Shown: positions 25,171 through 39,386 of the stretch, piece after piece
How positions within the stretch are numbered: position 1 is the first letter of the stretch
Layout: every line of letters begins with the position of its first letter
From: Hypanus sabinus
Lineage: Eukaryota
Reading direction: 5' to 3'
Length of the DNA: 64,000 nt
Assembly: GCF_030144855.1 (NCBI RefSeq)
Contig: NC_082712.1
Span: 33,294,001 to 33,358,000 of the forward strand
Made by a program: the position numbers and the translations under genes
Notes under the pieces: model-generated
Seen by the model: the letters and a program-made list of their open reading frames with translations, nothing else
What the model was told of the DNA's origin: nothing
Databases searched by the model: none

Positions 25171-26520
25171 TGCTTCCCTTCCATGTGCCATCCAATGCTT
25201 TAGTGATACGATTGTATGTACCTCAACTACTTCAGACCATGTCTTCTGGCAGCTGGTTCCATATACCTTCTCACCACCCTCCGGGTGAAAAGCTTTGCCC
25301 CTTGGTTACCTTTTTAAATCTCCCCTCTCCCCTGCCCCGTGGATGGCAGGGTAGAGAGCTGTCTCTACCAAAAGGGGTGTCAGATGCTTCTTCCCTCCAC
25401 TTGCCTGTAGGTCACCCTTGGCCAAGGTGTAGCACCTGCTTAGCCCCTACGAATAGAGTCAAGTGGAGCCGTGGGAGCAGGTGGTGTATATGCTGGGTCT
25501 TGAGTGAATGGATTGATGTAAATTGGTCAGCATGGCCTCAGTGAACAGAAGGGCCTGTTTCCATACGCTTGTCTCTGTACGGTTATACCTATATAGATCG
25601 AGCAGGGATCTCTTTGAAGCCTTTTAGATACTGAAAGGCCTAGACAGAGTGGACATAGGGAAGATGTTTCCATTAGCAAGCAAGCCTAGGATCTGAGGGC
25701 ACAGCCTCAGAATAAAGGTGCGTCCATTTAAAACTGAGATGAGGTGAAATTTCTTCAGCCAGAGGGTGTGAGTCAGTGGAATCTGTTGCCACAGAAAGCT
25801 ATACGAGACAAGGTTCATGATTGGTAAGGTGGCTAAGGGTTACAGGAAAAGTGCAGGGAATGGGGTCAGGGAAAAAAATCAGCCCTGTAGTGGAACCCAC
25901 TTACTCAATGAGCCAAATGGCCTAATTCTATTCCTATGACTTGCATTATTCCACCATATTCAGTATATGCAAGGTTTCCATGTCAGAAATTGGGAACTTT
26001 AAATATATTAGGAAGTCTGCAATGACTTTACAGGACTGTTATGGAAGACTTGACACTGACTAATCAGGCATTATAATGACAGTCATACAGGAGGTACAGA
26101 GGTCCCACAGACTCAGCAAGAACAACTACTTCCCTGTAGCCACCAGGTTCCTGAACTGACGTGTGCGCAACCCGAATCTTACCTCAGCAATGGAACACAT
26201 CTGACACCTCCATGAACTTGCCCCTCTTTATTTTGGAGTAATGTATTGCTTTTGCCATCTTTTCTTTTCACTGTCTTGTATAATTTACATATAACTTATG
26301 TATAATTTATGTTTTGTTGTCTGTACCTACATGCCTGTGAAACTGCTGTGAGCAAGTGTTTCGTTGTACCAGTACATAATTTTACTGTGCACCTGACCTG
26401 ACTTGAACAGCAACTCCCTGGTTCCTTTCCCGTCCTTCCATTGTTGACCTCCCTTCCATTCCGTATTTAATGAAAGACTGTGGGTGGTGACTTCTGGTAT
26501 AACTCATTTGTAAATTTTCT

Positions 26521-26835
26521 TTCCTTCTTTTTACAATATTTTTATTCAGAAGAAAAAAAAAGATTTATAGAGTGCAACACATAGATACATCTCAACATAA
26601 CTTGTGTACATTCATATATTGTAATAAAATTGATCAAAATGTTGTAGCATAACACATAAAGGTATACCACTCTGTAATCAAAAATTTAAAGATAGGTCAT
26701 ACATCATAAAAGAATTTTTTATATATATATTAAAAAAGTCAATCCCCTGCCAACTACCAAAGAAAAAAGCTGATGGATGACAATGGATAATTAGAAAAAA
26801 AACATATTCACTTAGGAAGAGTGAACTCTTCTTAA
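26521..26835 (-). mobile_element. 5'-truncated non-LTR (L1/Tx1-like) 3'UTR insertion with 11-bp TSD
   Basis: GTAAATTTTCT at 26510-26520 and 26836-26846. The minus strand ends AATAAAaatattgtaaaaagaaggaa. Confidence 0.7.
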
Positions 26836-29824
26836 GTAAATTTTCTGAAGAGTGTGTATTCACTTGTAGCAGAATTCAGTTCTTGCTGAGGATGTTTTGG
26901 TTAGGAAGTACCAATGATTTCACTGCTGTGGAAACTCAGTCTGCTGGAAGGGGCAAAGATTCTTTGATTTCTATCACTGTTACCCTTTGCATGGATTGGG
27001 GGTGGTAGATGTAATGAAAATAAGCACACTATATCCTTTACTAAGGTACAACTGGAGATTTCTGTTTTAAAGGTAGCCTGACTATACACTTGGTGAAAGG
27101 CTCGACAAGCTTCTTGTCTAAGCAGAATCGAGCCAACCAATCAATTTTCTATGTGAGATCTTGTCTTCAAAACTCATTTACACTTGTTGCCACCTGAAAC
27201 ACTGGTAAATACTGTTGTTCCTGTGGCTTTGTTCAGTGCCCCCAGGCTGCGTAGTAACTTGATTTCATTTTCATTTCACATGCCGCACAATTGTAGCAGG
27301 GCTTTGCCTGGATTTATTGAGTTAAAGTCTATGATTCTTGTGTTGGAATAAAGGTCAAAATTCAGAATCTGGATGGAAAAACATCAAAGTTGCCACATAG
27401 AATGGGCAGATGGATCCTTTTAATATCTTATCCAAAAGGCAACCTGAAATAATACATTTTCAGAATTTTGATGTTACTGTGTGACAGGTGAGAGCACTGT
27501 CCTGAGAGAGGATATAGCCGTTTGTTTAGATGGATTGGGTATTGTTTCTCCAGTGGTCTGAGGTGCTGGCTGTAAGTAGGCAGTTGTATAGGAGAGTAGG
27601 GTCACTCTGCCGTATAGACCATGATGATTGTGTAGACTATGAACCTCAAGTGCCATTTTACTCAAATAGCCAATTATGTACGCCCACTGAAAGGGATGAT
27701 AAATTCCATCATTGAAATCTGCCTTTGCTGATGGGTGGCTCCTGTCATTCTGGAGTTAGTCATTTAGCATAGAAATAGGCCCTTCGGCCCAACTAATCCT
27801 CTCTGACCAATTTGTCAATCTCAGATAATTTTATTTGCCTGCATTTGGGCCATTATCCCTTCAAAACTTTCTTATCTATGTACCCGTCTAATGAGATGTG
27901 GTCTGGAGCTGTGGATGCTGATTGTCTGAGGGCTTGGTTTAAGTGAAGTTTCATACTCTTGTATACTCAGCAAGTTGATGGTGTCTGATGATATCAAAGC
28001 ACTCCTGAAAGTGTCGTCTTTATAATTCAAGTCAACTGCTGAAGCTGGGGGTGACAAGAGTACTGACGAAAGGAAATGAGTTCCTGCTCCTCAGTCTGAC
28101 CAAGCCTCTCATAATTTTAAGCATCTTTGTGAAATTCTACCTCAGCCTTGTGAGCTGGTTGTTTGCAACACCAATCTCTCTTTGATTTTTAAATACCACC
28201 CTGACAATTGTCTTGAGTCTCCTCTGCATCTGTTGTGTCCTTTCTGTGGTGTGGTGATACGGATTTTGGTCAGCAGAGGGAACCGGTATGTAATCAAAAA
28301 GCATACTTTTATTGTTACCAATAGAAAAATTCAAAGGATTTGGTAATAGTTAAAAATGGCAGACAAAATTTACTGTCTTTTAAATTGTATTATCAGTGGT
28401 GTTACTTGAAGTGAACTGAGAATGTGTGAATCATTGCACTTGAGCATGATGGAAATTGCCATTTTAAAATGAAAAAACTTGTATTTTAAGTCAGAATTAG
28501 TTTGAAAAGAAATGAGCTGTCAAGTGCAGAGGATGTAAGTAACTGCTACAATTAACCGTGTTGTGGCTGTCTCTGTGGTGAACTTTCAAGAGAGTCACTT
28601 GCGCAGTCGATCAGTAGAACAAATGTGTTTTTTATATATAAAAGAGCACATGCTGTTTTCCAAATCTGAGTTCAGGACAAGATTGTTTTGGTAATGTAGA
28701 AATGGTATTGCACTGTTTTTGATGCATCCACCTTGTGGCACTGGTGTCAGGTCATGTCATGGGGGGTTGGAGCGGGGTGGAGGGAGGCAAAATTGATATT
28801 CACATCATCAAGTGCACAGAATGAAGCTGTGAAGAAGTGCCCTTCAAGGTTCTAATGAAGGAAATTCAGACCGATCTTTTTGCAGGAAAGCACTGGTAGG
28901 CAGGTGTTGCTGCAAAGGCGCACACAGCACGGCAATCAATCCACAACAACACACTCAGGTACATAGAATGAGGAATGATTGCAGGGAGAGTGATAGAACT
29001 CTCGGGTTTAAATGGGATCTGGAATGCGATGAATTCCACTCAGGAGGTCCTGTGCAATTGGGACTGGTTACCAGGGCACTCGCCGCAACCTCCATGAGAA
29101 GAGCCTTGAGTTGGTAACCCTGTGAGTGGGAACCCTTGCACAACTGAGTTATGTTGAGATGTGCCTCAAGCCTCTTAAATACTGCTCTCATGCAGAAACG
29201 TACCTGCGGACTGCCTAGGCACTTGTACAAACTGTTACTCGCCCTAGAACATTGCCGCTTCTACCTCTCACTCCATATTCAACATACCAACGGCACTTCA
29301 CCCGTTCAAGTAGGATAATGAAAATATTACATGGCAAGAAGTTAGAGGCAGCTACCCTCTTCCTCCCCACCCCCCCAATCAAACTGGTGGAACTTTCCTC
29401 CTTCCACAAGTGAAGCACGTGCACTTAAAAAAAATCAGCTGGTGAGATGCCTCATTGGATCAGATGTCCATGTTGCCCAGAGGACCTGGCAGGGAGCCAG
29501 AATTGAGAAGATTTCATGGCCGTGTGGATGTGCTGCACAAAGGAAGCAACCTGGCTGACTGACTGCAGGCAATGACCAGGAGTGTGAAGAAGAATCTCAC
29601 TGGAGATTGCATGGAGCCAAGAAACAGTGTTCTCTGCTCTGGCAGTCAAGTGTGTTCCTTTGAAAAAGCTCATTGACAGTCATGATTACAAAGACAAAGG
29701 GAATCTAGACAATGTCCTGCTTCAATGGAGGTGTTGAGATGATCCTGGTAAAGGTTTGGTTTCTGCCATGTGAGATATGCCGTGCAGCATGGTCCCATTG
29801 AGTAAAAAAATGCCGTTCATGAGC

Positions 29825-30070
29825 AGATAGCAGATAGGTTTCCATGGTGTGAAATGACTGAGAGCATGAGACTCCCCCCAGATAGGACACCAGTCTATCA
29901 CGGGGTTAATCCCCAGCATTTTGCTGGTACCCATTTTCAGCTGGGTGGACTGGAGCAGTGTGTGGTTAAGTGCCTTGCTCAAGGACCCAGCATGCTGACT
30001 TGGCTAGGGCTCGAACTCATGACCTTCAGACTGCTAATCCAACACCTTAACCACTTAACCACGTGCCACC
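29825..30070 (-). mobile_element. tRNA-derived SINE with CORE-like body
   Basis: Minus strand: tggttaagtggttaag (A box), gagttcgagccc (B box), ccttgagcaaggcacttaacc. Confidence 0.75.
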
Positions 30071-33000
30071 ACTGTCCTTCAGGAGCTGTGGACATTTATT
30101 CTTCTGCTGCAGAACCAGAGGCAATGGTGCCCACTTTCTGATTTCCACATTTCTCTGGAGTGAATTATTCCTGCACATCTAACTACAAAAACGGAGTGAC
30201 GAGATTAGGCCCCCAAAACCTGACTTGGTCTTTTGGCAGGTTCAGAGGTTGAAACAGACATCCAGTGATCGTTGCTGTCAGCAGATAATAGCACCATTAT
30301 CTGGTCTCAGTCCCCTTTACGCTGGTGGGCAGGTTCAGCTCCTTGATATTCTCTTCTGCACTGGCACCAATTTAAACTCCAAGCCAGCAAGATCACACAT
30401 CTTGTGTGATCATTCATCTGAGACTGCTGCTTTGATAGGGATCAACAGTCTGGCTTCCTTAAGGATCATCACAGACATTTGTGGGAATGGGAAGGGGAGC
30501 ATCAACTGGCATTATGGCCTGGCACACTGAGCAATTGAAACCATTTCACAAAAATAAGTGCTGGGTAGGCATTTAGCATAAATAACCTTTTATTCTACAT
30601 TTCTGTATCTTTTAGTTTCTAATAAGATGCATGTAGTAGATGCAACAAAATTATTTGTAGTAGCATCACAGACATGTAAAATTAGATGAGCAGATTTCAC
30701 AAGAAAAACCTTAATTAAATGAAACTGAACCTTTCAAAGAAAGAACAGAATTAGAACAGAAGTACTAAGTATATTTTAGTGCGAAGTGATCAAAATAGTT
30801 GTCGTAGTGCTAGACGTAATGATTAGCATTTTGCTGATTTGTTCAATAGTTGAAGGGAAATGGGTGCTTTTGAGATGGTGATTTGGGACACGCTGCCTAC
30901 CTGATGTTGCCTCACTGAGCAGGGTATTCATTTCAAGCCAACTGGAGTAAGGTCCAGTTGATGGATGCTCTTTGAATGCAATGCACCAGGAGTGTGGAAT
31001 AAATACAAGTGATGCTGTTGCTGCCATGTGATGTAGCTGATGGATGAGCTGGACGTCCGATTCTTCACGTCTGCTCAGTCTGCTGTTCAGGGGATTTATG
31101 GTGGCACTCTTTAAAGTTTGGTCTCTGATGGGCTGAAGAATGTTAGACTGTATGAAAACAAATGTGAGCTGGTCTCCAAGAGCTGTGCCTGGGATTCTTC
31201 AGTATTTTTGTTTTCATTATAATCTGTATAAGTGGGTAAAATGGGATTAATTAGAAATTATTCTTTAAACGGGATTGTGTGACAATCGTGGTTTGCATCT
31301 ACCTAGTGTGAACAGAGTGCATTTTGAACTTGTTTTACCCCCAGTGAGACCTCTTTAACACTTTCAGATTGCGTGTTTTGGAACAATTAATTGGTTCAAT
31401 AGTTTAAAACAAATCTAACGACAAAATGAGTCTCACAAAGATTTTTCCTTGCTAATTGATGCTGGGCTTCAGTGACTTAAAATGTTAGCTGTTCAATGCA
31501 ATCCTTCCCCACAATGTTTCAATCTGCTCAATGTGTTGAGGTTCACTATTCTCAGCTGCTTGTTCTGCTGCTCTAAATATATAATGTGACAATGTGAGAA
31601 ATATGACAGAGATTGGGAGCATATGTCTGGAATGATAGTTAAAATTATTCTAATCTCCACCCACATTGTCGTCCTGGCCCACAGACCTACAGAATGTCTT
31701 GGATGATGATTTGAAAATGTGAGCCTGCAAGAAAATATTTCTCATTGGAGAAGTCCACATGTTGTCTTGTATCTCTTAGCGCTGTGAAAGTAGGGTCTCT
31801 GCACCTGGGTGCTTTTCTGCCTGCATTTCTGTGGTCCCTGACCCTAACAACATCACTTGTGATGATGCTGAGCTGATGTTTCTAGTGATGAAGTGCTTCT
31901 GGTGGTGCCCCTCTGGAGCCACCCATTGACTGAGATCCACAGTGGTTCACAACATTCCCTGCAGGATTGATAATGCTAAAGAAAACTCTGCCGTGCATTT
32001 TACATTCCATTTAGAGCTGCTTTGTGAAGTATCAGAGTTGTGTTGCGTTAAAATGGCATTGTGCTCCTTGTTCCCTTGAGACTGTTCAAAGTACATTTTA
32101 TTATCAAAGAATGTATATACAGCCTTGAGATTTGTTTGCTTACAGGCAGCCACAAAGCAAGAAGCCTGAAAGAACACAATTAAAAAAAAATAAGACAAAT
32201 ACCTGATGGGCAGAGAAAAGGGGGAAAACCCACAGATTGTATAAACAATAGAAGCAAACATTTTGAACCACAATGAATTCCATGACTATTTTGAACTTTG
32301 TGCTATAACATGTTGAAAGAGGCATTTGATACTGTATGCTTCATGTCTGATGTTGTGTTGGGGTCAATATTTTGGATTAAGACTCAGATTCCAATTTCTT
32401 AGATGATGTGATTTCACGAAGGAATGAAATGAGATTTATTTCAGGCAGAGGTATTTCTTGTATAAGTACCAATTAAAGTATACTTGCAGTCCAATATCTA
32501 CCTACATATGTTTGATCCAAACCTGTTGCTATATCAACCAGGGGTTCATTAATGACAATACAATTGTTTTGTTAGCATTTACACAATCGATTAAAAATTT
32601 GGAAACTGAATTGCATTTTGGTGCAAGATTAATTGCTCCAACATATGGGATGTAGGTATTGCATGCTTCTGTCCTGCATGTTCTTCTGATACAAATTCCA
32701 GATTTTGTGCTTAATATTGTTTCCATTCTTGTTGCCTTGGGAAGCGCGTTGTGAAGAATAGGTGTTTTATCCACATGGGTGAATTTTGAATTGGAAATTC
32801 TTTGCATAAAGTACAGCTGCTAACTCTTGTAACTTGTATGCAAATAGACTGGAAACTAATGAGAAATGCCTACTTTAATTATTCATTTCTGCTTTGTTTT
32901 CTTTCTGTAATATTTTTAAAGCTACATAGTATTGCTCACTCAAGCTTGAATTATGTTTGGGGTAGAAGCTCCTTTATTATCGTACTTTCAACTTGCTTTA

Positions 33001-33344
33001 ATATTTGTTATTTTCTTGTTGTATTATATTCGTTATAGTTATTTTAAAAACCCTATAGCTTTCTAAATACAGAAAAATGTAGACAACACTTTTGTAAAAA
33101 AAAAGATGGATACAGCTTGCAGATTTTTTTGTATGTAATATTTTTGCCATTTGCATCTGAACGTGCCATGATTATGGAATTAGCTATTTTATAATTACTT
33201 CCCCAAACTAGTATGCATTTTTATTTGGCACTTAGTGTCTAGATGCTATAAATGGGCTAGCTTTGATTTTTTTTTCTACTTTGTTCTTCTACGGTGATAA
33301 TTTTGGTATATTTCAATTATGTGGCATGACAAAATGTCTGGTTA

Positions 33345-34610
33345 AAAGATGTAGGAGCAGAACTGGGCCATTTAGCCTATTAGGTTTACTCTGCTGTTCC
33401 ATCATGGCTGATTAATTATCCTTCTCAACCCGATTTCCCTTTCTTTTTCCCAGTAACCTTTAATGTCCTTGTTAATCAAGAAGCTATCAAACTCTGTTTT
33501 AAATATACTGTACCCAATGACTTAGCATCCACAAGCCGTCTGTGGCAACGAGTTCCATTGATTCACCACCCTCTGGCTAAAGAAATTCCTCCTCCTGAAG
33601 GGAAGTCCTTGTAATCTGAGGCTGTGCCCTCTGGTTCTAGACTCCCCAACTTAGAAAACATCTTCTCCACATTGTCCCTATCTTGGCTCTTCAATATTTG
33701 GTACCTTTCAATGGGATCCTGTGGTAAACTATGTATACCTGTCTGGACACGCCCCTCTCCTGACTGCTCCTCTGGCTCCTTCCACAGACCCCTGTATAAA
33801 GGCGATTGGGGCACTGCTCCTCCCTCAGTCTCCGAGATGTCGTGCTCCCTTTTGCTGTTAATAAAAGCCTATCGTTCACTTCCAGTCTCCGAGAGTTATT
33901 GATGGTGCATCAGATCCCCACCTGTTTCTTCTAAACTCCAGTGATTACAGGCCCAGATCCATCAAATACCCCTCATGTATTAACACTTCCTTTGCCAGGA
34001 TTATTCTGCTGAACCTCCTGGATCCTCTCCAATGCCAGTGCATCCTTTTTTTAGATAAGGGGCCCAAAATTGCTCTCAGTACTCCAAGTGTGGTCTGACA
34101 AATGCCTTAAAGTCTCAGTTTTGCATCCTTGCTTTTATATTCTCGTCCTCTGGAAAATGAATGCTAAGTTGTATTTGCCTTCCTTACTATCGACTCAACC
34201 TGCAAGTCAACCTTTAGGGATTCCTATATGGGACCACCCAAGTTCCCTTGCATCTCTGATTTCTGAGCTTCTCCCCATTTAGAGAAGTCTGTGTCTTTAT
34301 TCTCTCAACCAAAGGCAATGATCAAACACTTCCCTGTGTTATATCCCATCCGCCCATTCTCTTACTCCGTCTCAGTCCTTCTGTTTCCTCAACACTTATC
34401 TTTGTATCATCTGCAAACTTGGCCAGAGAGCCATCAATTGTCGCATAACGTGGAAAGCAGCAGTCCCAACACAGTGCCCCTATGGAACACCACTTGTCAC
34501 CTGCAGTCAACCAGAGAAGGCCACCTTTATTTCCCCTCTTTGCCTCCTGCATGTCAGCTAATCTTCTATCCATGGGCTTTTATTTTGTTTACCAGTTTCA
34601 TGTGTGACAC
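33345..34610 (-). mobile_element. CR1 LINE fragment (hosts the solo LTR)
   Basis: AKFADDTKI motif in ORF 34322-34573. CR1 3' end at about 33345. Confidence 0.85.
33720..33912 (+). mobile_element. Short solo LTR (193 bp) inserted in a CR1 LINE
   Basis: TG...CA ends, perfect 5-bp TSD GATCC (33715-33719, 33913-33917), TATAAA at 33795-33800, AATAAA at 33860-33865. Confidence 0.9.
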
Positions 34611-37600
34611 CTTGTCAATTATTCTCAAAGTAATGTTGATCCAGGTCTTTATAATGCTCTCCGGAGATTTTAGTGGCCAGCTTCATACAGGGAGGAACAG
34701 CAGGTGTATTTTTGCTTCTCTGATTGAGTCACTGCAGCATTAACCTCTGACCCTTGTCTCAGGAGCTGATGTTCCAACCCAGGAAAGTGTTCCGGTTTCC
34801 ATGTATGCAAGCTGTCAGAGGATATATCCCAATCATACGGGGGTTTCTAACCTGGCGTTCAAGGACCCCTCAGTTAATGGGAAGGGTCCATGGCACAAAA
34901 AAGTTGGGAACCCCCCCACTTAGGAACATTGTCTTAAGGAGTTGATGGGTAGGGACTTTTTTAAGGTATGGAGGAATGAATTTGAATTTGCGGTGGAACA
35001 GGCATAACTCCTATTCCTGTCAGCCCCATGAAGTTGATGCTTCATCTTGGGAAAAACCTGTTTTCAAAGCCTCTTGCACCTTCATTCGGTTGTATAGCCA
35101 TTGTGGTTTTCCCACACGAAGAACTAAATTAGTGGCCAGACTTGAGAGTTATAGCTCTCTTTAAGGAGACCCTGGTAATTTCAGGCCTCGGTGCCTGCTT
35201 AATGCCTGCTTTGCTAGTATAAACCATAAATTTATGTCTGCAGGAGCCAAGGGGTCACCAGCAGATAAATCATCCCGTCAAGTTCAGCTGCCTACCCCTC
35301 CTCAATGTATTTAGCTGTAACACCTAATCTTTCACGGAAAGGAAATTTGTTTTCAAGGTTGTGTGATTTCTGAGACAAACTGAAAGTTTAAATTGCAGTA
35401 CCATAGTTCATGAGCTGATGTAATAACTGCTTTATGGATACACTTGGTAATCTAGGAAATGAGTTACAGTAAAATCTATTGAGCCACTCTTAGATAAAAT
35501 GACAAAAGCAAATAAAATAATAATTACAAAATACAGCATTTTTTCACTGGTATTTTATTTCATTGTTTAGTAAATTCGCTTGTCTTTTTATGGTAAATGG
35601 CATTTATAGGGCATGGCATGAACATTGCTTGAGGTGACCTTTTGTCAGCACATACATGGATGGCCATAACCTGTGTTTATTTCTATATTAAATACAAATC
35701 ATGTGCGAATGTACTCTCTTGATACCCTTGCCATTTGTATACAGTGGTGCACCTCTACTGACATACATTTCTATCACCCTGACAGGGCAGAGGGGTACAC
35801 TTACATTAAACTACACAATAATGGATAGCGTTGCAATTGGCTCAGGCTTGTGTCATTGCCATCAGGGATAGGAAATCTGACGCAAGGAATCCATCTCTTC
35901 TAAAATTTAGTGTTCTGTTTTGAAAGCTTGTATTGTACATCCTCAATTGATTTTGTGGACAGTGCACTGTCATTTGTAGCAGTTTTGTGTGTTTTATAAG
36001 CTGTTTGCATCACTGTTAGTGTTCCTACCTTTTACTGGTGTGTTATTGGAGTGGTAAATTGACTTCCCCAACTTCGGTTGTGCTTAAGAGATTTCCTGCT
36101 TTTGGTTTGGCGTGTAGCAGTGCATAGCCAGACCACTGCCCACCCTTGCTTCTGGTGATGTTTGTCCAAAGGGGACCATAGAAACTTTAAAAAAAAAATT
36201 GTCTCTGCAATTGAGTCACTATTTCTGATATTGGCTTCTCTAATGCTGTCACATCCCTTTGTTTTCTAGAGGCAGCACGTACCGCTGATCTCTCTCATGT
36301 TTGCTAAGAGAATCTATTCTACTTTGAGTTCATTAGTTTCAGGCACAGCACCATGATCATTCAATTCAATTATGTCAGCCGCTACAGCGCTGCGAGGAGA
36401 GGAATGCCTTTGCTTCTCACATGACCTCTGATCTTGGTTTACTGCAGAGCTTGGAGGCAAGGATAACTGAGCACGTACTCAATTTCACTTTCAGATTGGT
36501 GCCCTTTCAAGCCCTGCTGGCTATGGTTTATTGGTAGTGCTATAATCTGTTGCCCAGGTTCACACTGATTATTCTCTGGCTGTGCTTGAAAAATGCACAG
36601 GTTAAAGCGAGTTTACCATTAATAAGTACCACAGCAGTGAGCTGAACAATTATTAACCATTATCAAGGTAATTTTGTATCCTGGAAGGACATATTCAGAA
36701 TCCCAGTGTGACTATTCCCGCCAAATTATTTATCTGACCTTTTGGAACAGCATGCACTGTATGGTAGGTCACTCTTGATCACTGCTAAAACATTGGTTAA
36801 GAGGTGACAAAATTCTCTTGGTCTCAACCTGAGTTGATGTGATTTTGTTTGAGTTTATATTTTTCTGTTTCATTTTAAAGCCAGCTATTTCTGTTTCCAC
36901 ACTGCTGCCTCTGTATACTAATTAACTAAGTTTGACCCACTGATTTTATTGTCCTTATTCATGAATTACTGATTAGGAGTTGGTCTCACAATTAGAATTA
37001 ATGTGGAGATTGAATGGCTTAATTATACCCCTCAAACCTTGGATGCCACTAATGCTTCCATCCAGTTCTGTGCTAGCAAAAGTTGTGCTGTGTTTTGGCA
37101 AAGATCACATTAATTGAACAATCAGATTAAGGTTGTTATAAAACACGCAAGTATTGAGTGCATGAATTGTCTGATCTGTCTCAAATTGTTTTATGATTGG
37201 ACCCCCTGCTTTTTTTTTATTTTGAACTAAGAATATTTCATTGCTGGCCCCCTTCCGAGTGTATCTGCTTTGTCAGCAGCTGATTAATTCAGAATGCAAA
37301 GCCAGAATGCTAATTTAGATATTAATGTGTGAATTAAGGATTGCAGCTCAGTTTAGTCCATGTATAATATGCTGCCTCTGTCACTGTAGTAATCTTGCTG
37401 TCTCTGGTGATCATTTATTGTTCTGCAGCCTCAGACCTTGAATGGGTTCATTGTGACAATTAATTAAAAATAACATTTTTGTTTTAATTTTTGGAGCTGC
37501 ACAATAATCTAGAGAATAGTGTTATTCCCTCTGCCATCTGATTTCTAAATGGACATTAAACCCATGAGCACTATTTCACTACTTTTATTTCTGTTCTTGC

Positions 37601-39386
37601 ACTACTTATTTAACTATTTAATATACATATGTACTTACTGTAATTCAGTTTTTTTTCTCTATCATGTACTGCTGCTGCAAACTTAACAAATTTCACAACA
37701 TATGCTGGTGATATTAATTCTGATTCTGTGTATTTTTGTTGCTTATTATGAAGTGGTCTGGATGATTGTAATTTGGTTTATGATTGATTATCAGTTGAAA
37801 ATTATAACCACTATTCATTTTGCAATGAAAGATGTACAGATTTGATGAAACTGTGCACTAGTTTAATATTTTCAAATCCACCAAGTGGTCTAAATAATAA
37901 AAAAAAACAATAGCTGCTTCTAATATTGGAATTCAGTATAATCATTTACCGCATGTCATTGCTGATGCATGAAGTTTATAAAATAACACCATGCATTGAT
38001 GATGTAATTTGGTACTTGGAGGATTAATGTATTAAAGAATTTCTTCAGGCACCTCAGGTTGCCTTGTGTGGAAGGTAATTTTTCTATTAGTGAGTCAACG
38101 ATGATGTATTTCTCATTCCTTAATTAAGAGGTCACATCCATTTTATATTATGTAAGAGAACTTTGCAATGAAAGACCAGCTGATACAATAGATTTTTAAA
38201 AAAGACATCTGTATATTATTTGAACAGTCTTCTAGATTGTATAAACTTGAATAGAGCAGTTACCAGTAGAACATTCTTTTCTGTCAAACGTATAATGGTA
38301 CAGCTTGAAGCCTGGCTACTTTAACCCTGCTTTACAGGTAGTTACAAGCTTTTGTGTCCAACAGCTTGCATTCATGCTGTAAGCTTGTTCCAAAGTCGTG
38401 TTACTACTAAGCTGTGGGACACTGAGCCGACAGTGGGTTTGAGCAAGTTTGGAGGGGGGTTGAAGAATCAGTTTTTGAGTGGGCTGGATCCTGTTGCTTG
38501 CTGGCAATGGTTTCCTGGTGAATATCTACATTTCATGGGTCAGCTCAATCCAGGCCAGTACCTGTGTGATGCTGTGCCCAAGTCTGAATTGTACTGAAAG
38601 TCTGATGCAAGCGATTCCAACCCCCTGCACTGCCCTTGGATTTAACACTGAGCTGAATGTCTTCAACTGAGGAACTCAGTACAATTCCTCTCTGGATCCT
38701 CACACCGGGCTTGCATAGGCTCTAACATGAATGGGCTTACCCATCTGAAATGTTAAATAAAGGGAAGTGCTATGTGTGACTGGTTTAGTGAAGAAGATGG
38801 TGAATCTGGAATCAAGTATTGCCCACAGCAGATGGGAGTGACAAGCGCTTGCCCTTGGCATTTTGTTCACTCTTTGGATCTTAAGATTGCATTTAACTGC
38901 TTTTGTGATCATTTCCAGCTGTTAATGCAGATGTTATGTCATACACAGAAACATTTATATTCACAGGCTGCCTCAGGAGAAGTTGAAGGATTACTGGGTC
39001 CTGATCTTGTGCCATAACCACATGATGATCATACTGATGTCATCCCAATTCTTATTTCTGTACTTATTTTGTATCTTCATTTATGTCCCTTCATTTAAGA
39101 AAAGATACATATTCAAATTGTGCCTTCGTACCTATCCCGTTGCTTCCTGACCAGTGGAAAGTGTTTTTAATGTCAATTAAGCTTTCTGAACCTCAGAGGT
39201 TGAAAATTCCTTCTCAAAACTCATATCATTGTCATATTTTCAATCAGCTTTCAGTTGACTGAAGATTTCTTCCTGTCAATGCCATCCCACCACTATTTTT
39301 CCCCTGTGACCTATTCTTCCCCCATTCCCAGCCATTCCCCCACCCTCTGTTTGTAACAGAGAGACACACACTAGGGGCAGTTTACT

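Noticed and set aside
29990-30070. tRNA gene
   Set aside because: A and B boxes are present but continue into a SINE body and there is no clean cloverleaf; it is a tRNA-derived SINE head.
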